Assembly: GCF_030144855.1 (NCBI RefSeq)
Contig: NC_082727.1
Coordinates: forward strand, 24,304,001 to 24,368,000
Direction of reading: 5' to 3'
DNA: 64,000 bases
DNA from: Hypanus sabinus
Lineage: Eukaryota
Position numbers and translations under genes: made by a program. This document shows, one piece after another, positions 13,030 to 24,231 of the stretch. The notes beneath the pieces are model-generated. The model searched no databases. It was not told where the DNA came from and saw nothing but the letters and a program-made list of their open reading frames with translations. Each line of letters opens with the position of its first letter. The first letter of the stretch is position 1.

Positions 13030-15420
13030 AGTACAGCACAGGAACAGGCCCAACGGCCCAGGCCCACAATGTTGTACCAAGCCAAATAAATAAGTAACCA
13101 AATGGCCAACTCTACTAATCCTTCTTATGTACACAATGTCCTTCTACTTCCATTTCCATCTCATTCACCTGCCTATTTTAATGTCTCTTAAAAGTCCGTA
13201 ATGTAGCTGCCGCTATCACCACCCCAGGCAGTGAATTCCAGGCACCCATCACTCTGCGTGAGGGTGGAGGGGGAAACTTGCCATAAAAATCTCCTTTGAA
13301 ATTACCACCTTATATTGAAAAAATGCATGCCCTCTGATTTTAGACATTTCAAACCTGGGAAAAATAGACAGATACATGCCTGCCTACTCTATCCATGCCT
13401 CTCATAACCTTAGAATCCTCTAGCAGATCTCCAAAAGAAAACAGTGTAAGTTTGTCCAACCTCTCACGATAACACATGCCCACCAATCCAGGCAGCATCC
13501 TGGTAAACCACTCCTGCACCCTCTCTAAAGCCTTGAAATCCTTCCCATAATGGGGTGACCAGAACTGTATAAAATATTCCAGAGTTTTATAAGGCTGCAA
13601 CATAACTTTCTGTCTTTTGAACTCAGCGTCTCAACTAAAGGCCATTTGCCTTCTTAACCACTCTATCAACCTGTGTAGTCACTTTCAGGGAGTTATGAAC
13701 TTTAACCCCAAGATCTCTCTCCTCATCAACACCATTGAGTGTCTTGCCCTTGGTGTACTGTCTCTCTATATTTGATCTACCAAAGTGCAGCACTTAACAT
13801 TTGACCAGGTTAAACTCCATCTGCCATTTCTCCTCCCATATTTGCAACTGACTTAAATCCAGATGTATTCTTTGCCACAGCATCCAGAGCATCACCAGTC
13901 TTTGTATCATCTGCAAACTTGACTAATCCACCCATTTGCATCTTCATCTAGATCAGTTATATAGATCACAAGCAACAGGGATCCCTGCAGAACACCACTA
14001 ATCACAGACCTCCAGCTAGAATGTTCCTTTGACCTCTATCCTCTATCTTCTATGAACAAGCCACCTCTGAATCCAAATGGCCAATTCACCCTTGATCCCT
14101 TAATTTTCTGGATGAGCCTCCCACAAGCAACCTTGTCAAATGCCTTACTAAAAGCCATGAGGACAACACTCACAGCTCTACCTTCATCACCTTGACACCT
14201 TGTTTAAAAAAGTCAATCAGATTATAAGACACAACTTTCCCTGCACACAGGAATACTGGTTCTTCCTAATAAGGTATTGGTTTTCTAAATGCTCATAAAC
14301 CATCCCATAAAACTTCTCTGCAGTAACTTCCCTACCACTGACGTGATACTCACAGGTTTATAGTTCCCGGGATTATCGCTGATTCTCTTTTTGAATAATA
14401 GAACAGAAGTAGCAACTCACCAGTTCTCTGGGATCTCACCTGTGGCTAGAAAGGACACAATGATATCGGTGGAGGCTCCAGCAAATCTCTTCACTTGCCT
14501 CTCTCAATAACCTCAGGTGTATCCTATCATGCCCTGGGGGCTTATCCACCTTAGTGCTCTTTAAGAGACTCACTACCTCCTCCTTTACCTCCAAATGCCT
14601 GAGCATATTAATTCTCTCAGCACTGATCTCCCTATCTTTATGTCCTTCTCCTTGTTAAATAATGATGTAAAGCACTCATTGAAGACATAATCTACATGCT
14701 CTCATTGAAGTAAATGCTCCCCCCTTTATCCTTATGTGATCTCACCTTCTTCTTAATTATCCTCTTGCTCCTGATGTGTATATGTAGAATGCCTTGGGAT
14801 TCTCTTTAATGCCCTTTGCCAATGACCTTTCATGGCCCTTCGTGGCTTTCCTAATTCTCTTGAGTTCTTTTCTGGTTTCTTTATAATACTCAATGTCTCC
14901 ATTTGATTTACTATCCCTTTGAACCGCATTTTCCAGCCCTCTCTCCATAACCTTTGATGATCTTACTAATCAAGAGCGTATCAACCTCCACTTTAAATGT
15001 ACCCAAAAACTTGGCCTCCACAGCTGTCTGTGCCAATGAATACCACAGATTCAACACCCACCAGCTAAAGAAATTCCTCCTGATCTCTGTTCTAAACGGA
15101 TGTCCTTGCATTCTGACCCCTGGTCCTAGACCCATGCATTACTGGAAACAATATCTCCACACATACTCTACCTAGGTCTTTCGATATTTTATAAATTTCC
15201 ATGAGATCCCCCCTCATTCTTCTAAACGCCAGTGAGTACAGGCCAGAGCCGTTATACATTAACCCTTTCATTCCCAGGGTAATTCACATGAACCTCTTCT
15301 GGACCCTTCCAATGCTAGCACATTTTTCTCAAATAAGGGCTCGAGAACACTCGCAGTACTCCAAGTGTGGTCTGACCAGTGCCTTACAAAGCTTCAGCAT
15401 TGTATCTTTGCTTTTACAAA
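13030..15420 (-). mobile_element. CR1 LINE fragments (13030-14925 and 14925-15420)
   Basis: LEYFIQFWSPHYGKD..ALERVQ..FTRMLPGL; IKENPKAFY; RNFFS..V.NLW.SL. Confidence 0.85.
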
Positions 15421-15616
15421 CATATTGGTTCAGTGAGATTCCAAATAAATGGCTTAGATACTATTACATAAGCTGTTCATGGTAACTAAGGAGTCATCTT
15501 TTATGCTTCTTTTGGAACTGGAAACACTTCCCTTATTAATTTATTTAATCTACCATTCAGAAGAATAAACATGGCAACATCATGGAACACATTTAACAGG
15601 AGTGTGGGGAGGGTCA

Positions 15617-16040
15617 TTACCGTACTGCCAGTTATACCACTGGCGTTTAGGGCAGTAATGAAGGTCTTCCATCTCTGGTGATGTTCAGGGCTTCCTTCAT
15701 CATGTCAGTAGTTTCCTCTTGGTTTTCACTACGTCAGACATGCAAGTCCCACTTGGAGGCTCAGGAATACCGTCGCATTCGGATGTAGAGGATTCTTCAT
15801 TTCTGTTTCCGTAATAATTTTGTTTTACCAGTCAGGGTTGCTAGCCCTGAGCTGAACCCCCAAACCTGGAGGACCGGTGGACCACTCTTAGTCGGTCCTC
15901 TAACCTTTGACCTGTTCGGCCTGGGTGACCCTACCAAGAATCAAAGCAAAAAGCCCTGACTCCAGCCAACATAGCACTCTGGGTCATTGAAGCACACAAG
16001 CCTCCAAACCATGACAAGGTTGTGGTCCTCTTGGAGGTGG
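15617..16040 (-). mobile_element. Non-autonomous RTE-derived element (5' UTR joined to 3' end)
   Basis: gggttgctagccctgagctgaacccccaaacctggaggacc (RTE 5' UTR-like, reverse) next to a reverse-strand RW.TFITALNASG 3' terminus. Confidence 0.6.
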
Positions 16041-16599
16041 CTGTGTGGAGGGTAGGAAATTGCACATTTGGCTTCTAGACCCTCATTTTAAGTTTGACAA
16101 ATAAGGAAGAGAGCTCCAAAGGAAAACATTATAAAAGATTGTAAAATTGGATGAATGAATAACGGCTAACAAAGCAGCCAGTGAAGCCTTGTATTAAACA
16201 TTGCAAGATCTTGAAACAAGAATAAGTCAGTGGTGGATGTTGCTTTAGTGCTGGAGTGGATTAAATCTGTCAAATGCTTCCAGTAATTCCACAAGGTAAT
16301 AAAGCAAATGAATTGAAGGGCTGACCATCATACATTTGGGAAGAAATTAAACAATTACAACAAGGTTCAAGTGCATTTGATAGACAATCTATCTGCAAGA
16401 GAGAGCTGCTCAGTTTTGGAAGTGAGAAAATTAAACAGGAATGATTTCAATGAAAAACTTTGGCCAAATTGGCATACCCTTCTGTGCATCCATGCAAGCT
16501 GTTTTGCTAAATGTTACTCAACACTGTTTGAATTAACAAAGGTTGCATGAAAACATAGAGTGCAGGCCTTGAATAAAGAAATTCTTTCAAAGTTTCCTG

Positions 16600-16755
16600 T
16601 CAACATTGCTCTTCCCCCACCTTCTTATTCTGTTTACTGCCCCCTTCCTTTCCAGTCCTGATGGAAAGCCGAGGCCCAAAATGTCAACTGTACATTTCCC
16701 TCCATAGGTGCTGGCTGGCTTGCAGAATTCCTCCAGAATTTTGTGGTTGTTGCCC
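16600..16755 (+). mobile_element. Penelope-type terminal repeat with decayed hammerhead motif (16653-16690)
   Basis: CAGTC CTGATGG AAAGCCGAGGCC CAAAAT GTC AACTG followed by ttcctccagaattttgtg. Confidence 0.6.
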
Positions 16756-17439
16756 ATTGATGGGACTGTATATTTTCCTACGGAACCATTAAACTTTCTG
16801 AGACCATATAGTGTGCCATCATACAATTTTCAATGAAAGGACAAGCTCCAAAGATGCTACTCAGAAGTTTGGATCCATCAATAATATGCAAGGGCAAAAA
16901 TACAAGTTCAAGTTACAAGTTCAAAAATTACTACTGCATGTAACTGAGATGGCAATAATGCTGTTGGGGTACCTACCTTCTCAAATCAGCAACTTCAGTT
17001 CCCTGTTCCACTCAGTTTTGTTCTGACCATGAGTAAGTTGCAAGGACTATGTCCCTAAAAGTTGTTGGCCTTCATTTCAAAACTACATGTGGATTGTTCC
17101 AGAGTTGAAGATAAAAATAACTTGTATATTTTACATCTGATTCCTAAGAAATACAATGTATTCTGAAGCAACTGAACTTTACAATCAAGTAAATTATGCT
17201 TTGTGGTTTGATACATACCTACCTAAAGAGAGCTATGTAATTTTGTGTACATAGTTATTTTCACTTGTACATATTAGATTGGTAACTTTGCTTACTACAT
17301 AAAGTAACTACATAATTTGAACCCCAATCATGGATAATTATATATATTTATTTATAATGAGTATTATTCGCAAATAATTATTTCCTACTTGCAAATAATT
17401 GAATGCAAACATCATAATAGCTGACATAATAATCAGAGC

Positions 17440-18160
17440 AATGCTGGATATAGCAGCTTGTATATAAAATGCTTCTGGATTTCCCCTCATCTTGTTCAAC
17501 AGTATTATTTTGTGCCCTTTTTTCTCCTCCTTTTTAAAGTACCCCCTGTACTCTCTGTACATCTGTAAGATTTCCACTATTTTCACTTCTCCAAACCTGC
17601 CAAATGCCTCCTTTTTCCTGTTTTGCTTGTTGATGTCCCCTGACACCAGTAAGGCTGAGGGCAGCTTGGACATGTTGGCCTTGAACTCTCATTATTACCA
17701 TTTTAAATATCTCCCACTTGTTGACTGTAGTCCTACCTGAACATAACTACTCCCATTTTTGCTTTTGCCAGGCCCTGCTTTATGATGCTACAGTTGGACT
17801 TCCCTCATTTCACAACCTTAATTTCTGATCCATCGTTATTCCTTTCATAACTACCGTGAAACTTACTCTATACTTACATTGACATTCCAGCCTCTTGCCT
17901 GGCTCCATTCCAGGACCAGGTCCAATAGAACTAAGTGCATACTGACCCAAAAAACTTTCTGGATGCATCTTAAAAGCTTCATCACCCCCACAAGTCCTTC
18001 AAACTAAGGTAATCCAAGTCAATAGTGGAGAAGTTTAAATTCTCTTTTATGCTTGCACCTCTTTGTAATTTGCCTACATGTCATTTCCTGTATTCACTGC
18101 CTACTATTAGAAGGACTGTAGTACAGCCCTAATAAAACAACCATCCCTTTTTGCTTCCAC
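17440..18160 (-). mobile_element. Decayed CR1 ORF2 (APE region) fragment
   Basis: KMRGNPEAFY and LDLVL-like remnants. Confidence 0.6.
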
Positions 18161-18194
18161 CTCATCCTTCTTAAGGGTCCCACAAAAGCACTAA

Positions 18195-20175
18195 CAAGTT
18201 CCACTGGGGTAGTTTGCAACCTGATGGTATGAAATTTGAATTTTCCAGTTTCAGGTAATTGCACGCCTCGTGTTCCTTTATCTCTCCCTTCTGATCCATT
18301 CAGCTTCTATCAGGTTCCAGTTCAGGTTTAATTGTCGTCCAACCATACCTGAATACAGCCAAATGAAACAATGTTCCTCTGGGGCCAAGGTGCAAAACAG
18401 AGTACCAACAGCACAGCACACAGCACACTGCATATGTAACATACAATATAGTTACAATAGCAGAAAAAACATGTGCACGCAAAAAAATAATATAGCTCAA
18501 GTCCCTGAGAGGCATTGCCTGTAGAATAATGATGCATGGGATGTTGTTCGGGTCCAGCTTGTCTTCCAGAGTTGGCCTGATCCATCTTGTTCTCCACAAC
18601 CACCCCCTGCCACTCCTTCCCCTTCTTTCCACACACACCCAGCCCTCCATTATTCAGCTTCTTTCCACTGTGCCATCTGGTTCCATCTGCCCATACCTAC
18701 ACATTTAATGCACTGGGTTTCCTATCCCCTCTACCTGTGGTTCCATCTGCCCATACCCACACACTTAATGCACTGGGTTTCCTATCCCCTCTACCTGTGG
18801 TTCCATCTGCCCATTCCCACACATTTAATGCACTGGGTTTCCTATCCCCTCTACCTGTGGTTCCATCTGCCCATTCCCACACATTTAATGCACTGGGTTT
18901 CCTATCCCCTCTAACTGTGGTTCCATCTGCCCATTCCCACACATTTAATGCACTGGGTTTCCTATCCCCTCTACCTGTGGTTCCAACTGCCCATCCCCAC
19001 ACATTTAATGCACTGGGTTTCCTATCCCCTCTATCCATGGTTCCATCTGCCCATCATAGGGGGATATCAGAGGTAGGTTCTTTACACAGAGAGTGGTAGG
19101 TGTGTGGCTTACAGGGATGCTGGTAGAGGTAGATACACTAGGAGCATTTAAGAAACTCTTAGATAGAACATAGAAAATACAGCATAGGAACCAGCCATTC
19201 GTCCCACAATGTTGTGCCAAAGCAGCTAAAAAGCAAATAAAATACACCCTAACATTAATCCCGCCATCTTCCTTACATCCATGTGCCTATCTAGCCATCT
19301 CCTAAAAGCCTCTAATATATTTGCCTCTACCACCAAACCAAGCAGAACATTCTAGGCTCTCTTTGAGTAAAATAAACTTACCCCCTCTCATCTTCATTGT
19401 ATGCCCTCTAGTATTACCACCTATCAACCCTGGGAAGCAGGTACTCTCTGTCCACTGTCTATGCCTCTCGTAATTATGTAAACCTCTATTAGATCTCCCC
19501 TCACCCTCCTGATGCTCCAGAGAAAACAGTGCAAGTTTATTCAACGCCTTGTGATAGCACATACCCTCTAAATGAGGCAGCATCCTAGTTAGCCTCTTCT
19601 GCACCCTCTCCAAAGTCTCAGCATTCTTTCTATAGTGGGGCAACTAAAACTGTACACCATACTCCAGATGTGGCCTAACCAGAGTTTTATAATATTGCAA
19701 CGTAATCTCCTGACTTTTGAATTCAATGCCTCAGCACATGGATGATAAAAAAATAGAGGGTTATGTAGGAGGGAAGTGTTAAATTGGTCCTAGCGTAGGT
19801 TAAAAGGTTGGCACAACATAGGGCCTGTACTGTGTTTTATTCTATCAATCCTCACTCAACTGGTTCCAGTTATTACCATCCTTACATGTCAGAATCCAAC
19901 TTCTGCAGCTCTTTGTCATTTCTACTTGTCATCATCCGGCCTCTGAGCCTAACTCCACCCTCTCCTGCTCACAATTAACTCCATCTGCCCATCATTCCCC
20001 TCCGCATCTGGTCTTATCTGCCAACCCCTGTGTCACCCTCGACTCTCAACTCTCGATACCGGCAATCTCCCTCCACACTCTCAATCTTGATGCGGGGTTT
20101 CAACCTGAAATGTTGACCCTCCACCTGCCTCTATAGACATTGGCTAATGTGCCACAACCTTCCAGCAGTTTTTTT
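18195..20175 (+). mobile_element. Penelope-like element 3' part, interrupted by a LINE tail (18305-18530, -), a minisatellite and CR1 pieces (19055-19850)
   Basis: FHWGSLQPDGMKFEFSSFR* (GIY-YIG C-terminus) at 18201-18260; pyrimidine-rich trailer; terminal repeat with hammerhead relic at 20082-20117. Confidence 0.65.
18680..19054. repeat. 60-bp minisatellite, about 6.25 near-identical copies
   Basis: Unit gttccatctgcccattcccacacatttaatgcactgggtttcctatcccctctacctgtg; consecutive 60-nt lines are nearly identical. Confidence 0.97.
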
Positions 20176-20354
20176 TTTTTGATGAACATTTTAGAGGCCT
20201 CTTTTGATTTTGCTGCACTGTAGACTGAATGCAAGTTGAGCTTTTACCTAGCAGAAAATTAAAGTGGCATCAACGTTGTCAATTGATCATAGATTATCAA
20301 GAGCTTCACTTGATAAAGGCAAGTAACTCAGGCATCCAACTGAAGGGATGCACA

Positions 20355-20500
20355 AGAAACTGTAGATCCTGGAATCTGAAACAACACACAAAATGCTGGA
20401 AGAACTCAGCAGGTTGGGCAACGTCTATGGAAGGAAGTGGACAATCAATGTTGAATCAAGATGAGAAACAAAGCACCAGGACTGAAAGTAGAGGGATGGA
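20355..20500 (-). mobile_element. Penelope-type terminal repeat
   Basis: acacacaaaatgctggaagaactcagcagg, same family as 37420-37560. Confidence 0.65.
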
Positions 20501-21761
20501 GAGAAAGGCCTGTAAAAACAGGCAGGAGCAAAGTAATAGATACGATGGAACAGATAGTTTGAAGTGTGTGTATTTTAATGCTAGGAGTATTATGGGTAAA
20601 GGTGATGAATTTAGAGCATGGATCTGTACATGGAATGAAGATGTGGCCAGAGGCTTGGTTGAGAAAGAGCTTAATGTCCCAGGGTTTCAATGTTTTAGAA
20701 AAGATAGAAGGGGAGGTAAAAAGTGGTGGGCGTTGGAGTGGGAGTTGCATTATTGTTTGGGGACAATATAACAGCTGCACACAGAAGAGGAATAACGGAG
20801 GGCTCATCCACTCTATCTATATGGGTAGAACTCAAAAATAGGAAGAGCCCAATCAATTTGATGGGATTGTGTTGCAGATCCATCAATAGCTCCCAAGACA
20901 CTGAGAAACAGAAATGCAGGCAGATCAAGGAAAGGTGTTGAAACTTCCCTAATATCTCATTTGGCATCTTCTTAGTGCAAGAGGTTTAGATGTGACAGTA
21001 TTTGTTATGGGTATCCATGAGAATTTCTTACATCAATATGTAGATAGTCCAACAAGAGAGGCTGTTGGGTAATGAGCCTGGCCAGATACCCCATGGGTAT
21101 CTTGTGACTGTCTTATGACCATGATGTAATTGAGTATCTGGTGAGCATGATGTAATGGTCTTGTGATGATGGGGTGATGTCATTTCCCACCAGAGTGAGG
21201 TCACGTGATGACATGTTCTCAACAGGTATAAAATGGGAAAGCCTGCTGTGATGCGAGAATTTTGTGTTGAGTTGTTGTTTAATTTGTCAGTTACTCCGTT
21301 ATGCTGCATATTTGGTCTCATGATACAATTTCGTTTTAAAGTTGAGTTTTACTTTCTACTGTAAGGTACAGAATCATTGTGCTGGCAGTTTTGTCAATTG
21401 CTGCCAGTTTGTTTGATGTATCTTTGATTTAATTTTAAAGTCTAAGTATTGGAGAGTGAAGATTTTACTGAAGTACGGGAACCCAAAGTATTGAGTAAAG
21501 TTGGTGTCATCTGCGGTAATACAGGTTCGACCTGTTGGTTATTCGTTCAAGAAGTAGTGACCTGCATCTGAGATAACCCCTACCTGTAAGAGTAGAAAGG
21601 GTTGTGCAGTGTTCATTCACCAAGAAAAAGGTCAGTTCCTTTAAGCTGTTTCTATTTCATTAATCATGAATCATTTGGGCAAGGCATATTTTGGCTGGGA
21701 TCAGCAGTAACGTCACGTTGTCGAAGAATTTGTTATTTCAAGGAAGTCTCTCCTAATTGAC

Positions 21762-22117
21762 TGCACACAAGCATCTGGGACTACCTCCTTCTCCTTCTTC
21801 TTCAATCGGAAACAGTTAGCTATTACACGACCAGGTTTCTTACAATAATTACAAATAGGACCAAACTGTCTTTCCTTCACGTGTTTCCCTTCATCTTTAC
21901 CTTTCTCACTAGCTTCTGATTTAATTTCTGGTTTATCTTGATTCTCTGTGCTAGTTTTCCTTTTAAAAGTTCTACCCTGAGGAAATTTACTCTTATAGAT
22001 TAAAGCATACTCATCGGCTAATTTAGCAGACTCCTTCAATGTAGCAGTGTCCCTCTCATTTAAGTATGTTCTTACTTCAACAGGGATGCTCCTTTTAAAT
22101 TCCTGCATTAACATCAA
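21762..22117 (-). repeat. Inverted copy of the element's own gag (about 22612-22957) inserted in the 5' LTR
   Basis: ORF 21713-22117(-) is near-identical to gag on +; the segment is absent from the 3' LTR. Confidence 0.95.
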
Positions 22118-22345
22118 CTAATTTAAAATGTTTAACACCATGCTCGCATTTACCACTTTAAGACTGTGTTGCATTTATCATTTGAAAACTGTGTTCCAGA
22201 GTTGCAGTATAGCAGTTAACTTCAAGTTAAGCTAGTCATTTGTTCACTTTGCATTCTTACTGAGCAGAATTTAATAAATGTTAATTTGTTTATAAAACTT
22301 AACTCAATTCTATATTCATTGATGCCAGAAACGTACCGTAACAAC

Positions 22346-22363
22346 TGGGGGCTCATCCGGGAT
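22346..22363 (+). promoter_or_regulatory. Primer-binding site, tRNA-Pro
   Basis: TGGGGGCTCATCCGGGAT, one mismatch to the canonical tRNA-Pro PBS TGGGGGCTCGTCCGGGAT, 2 nt after the LTR end. Confidence 0.9.
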
Positions 22364-24106
22364 TTGTTCTATTTTTGAGCTTAAGTGCTTGTTTAATTAT
22401 CAGTCTGATTTGGAAAAGGGAAAAACCTGATTCTTTTGTTTGATTGGTTTGTGGGTGGTAGTCCAGAAGCTTATAGAGAAAGAATCAGAAATTTGAAGAG
22501 ATCTGTGGAAAAAAAACTTAAGTGGAATTTGCTTAAGTGGAAATAGCTGTGTGGTTTGAGAGATGGGTTTCCTCTAAAAATGTGAATGGGGAGTATAATA
22601 AATTGAAAGAATTGATGTTACTGCAGTAATTTAAAAGGAGCATCCCTGTGGAAGTAAGAACATACTTAAATTAGAGGGACACTGCTACATTGCAGGAGTC
22701 TGCTAAATTAGCAGATGAGTATGCTTTAATCTATAAGAGTAAATTTCCTCAGGGTAGAACTTTTAAAAGGAAAACTAGCACAAAGAATCAAGGTAAACCA
22801 GAAATTAAATCAGAAGCTAGTGAGAAAGGTAAGGATGAAGGGAAATATGTGAAGGAAAGACAGTTTGGTCCTATTTGTAATTATTGTAAGAAACCTGGTT
22901 GCATAATAGCTAACTGTTTCCGATTGAAGAAGATAGTCCCAGATGCTTGTGTGCAACATATTGAAGCACCTGTAAATCCACTGGGTTTGATAAGTACAAA
23001 TGAAGCTTTGTCAGAGTCTGACCAAGTTAAAAGGGGATATGATCATTTTATAACCAAGAGATTTGTATCCTTGAAAGAGGGATCCACTCCGGTGCCAATA
23101 AAAATCCTTAGGGATACTGGAGCTTCTCAATCACTAATGTTAGACAGCGTGATAAAGTTTAGTGATGAGTCTGATGCTGGTGAGGTAAACTATATGCAAG
23201 GTGTTGGGAGTGCCCTTATGCCTGTACATTTGCATACAGTAAATTTAAGGTCAGGGTTAGTTACAGAATCTCTTAAAGTAGGACTACAACCCAGCTTACC
23301 TGTGCATGATGTGTCTCTATTGCTAGGAAATGACTTAGCAGATGGACAAGTTTTTCCTGAAGTGCATTTGACAATAAAGTCATAGGAACCACAGATGGAT
23401 TCTAACACAGATTCCTCCCGTGTTGTAACTCAAGCTATGCCTAAAAAGCTTGATGTGCAGGATGAGGTTGTTATCCATGACTGTTCAACTTGGGATTCGA
23501 ATTTTGAGGATGTATCAGAAACTTTCTTACCTTCATTGTTTTAATCAAGATTCTTGGAGTAAGTCTGACAATGAAGATTTGTATCTGTCTCGGAAGGAGA
23601 TGATAGCAGAGCAGAGTAGAGACCCTGAAATTACCAAATTAAAAGAGGAAGCTCTTCTGGGTAGTGAAATTGATAAGGTGCCAGTAGGATATTATTCTGA
23701 GAAAGGGGTATTAATGAGGAAGTGGAGATCACCTACAATTCCTGCAAGTGATGAATGGAAGGTTGTTCACCAGGTAGTTGTTCCAAAAGTTCATCGAAAT
23801 CAGATTTTAACTTTAGCTCATAGTGTTCCCTAGGGTGGACATTTGCAGAACGTGTCATACTTGCCAAATTGTGGGTAAGCCTGATCAAGTTACTCCAGTG
23901 GCCCCACTGTAACCTATTCCCGCATTTGGTGAACCATTTCCCAAAATTATTGTAGATTGTGTGGGCCTATTACCAAAAACAAAAAGTGGCCATCAGTATT
24001 TGCTGACTATCATGTGCACTGCGTCTAGGTTTCCAGAGGCAATACCACTTAGGAATAATAGCTAAAACTGTAATAAAGGCTCTTATAAAATTCTTTACTT
24101 CTTTTG

Positions 24107-24231
24107 GCATGATTAACTTATTATTTAATTATTTATAGTTTTATATTGCTATATTTCTTCACTATTCTTGGTTGGTGTGGCTGTAATGAAACCCAATTTC
24201 CCTCGGGATCGATAAAGTATGTCTATCTGTC
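24107..24231 (+). mobile_element. Rex1-type 3' tail inserted in the Gmr1 integrase
   Basis: caatttccctcgggatcgataaagtatgtctatctgtct interrupts the FFTSFG...KEIQSD integrase sequence. Confidence 0.7.

Noticed and set aside
18587-19099. CRISPR array or 170-aa repeat protein
   Set aside because: Units are contiguous with no unique spacers, the context is eukaryotic, and the ORFs are a by-product of the 60-bp period.
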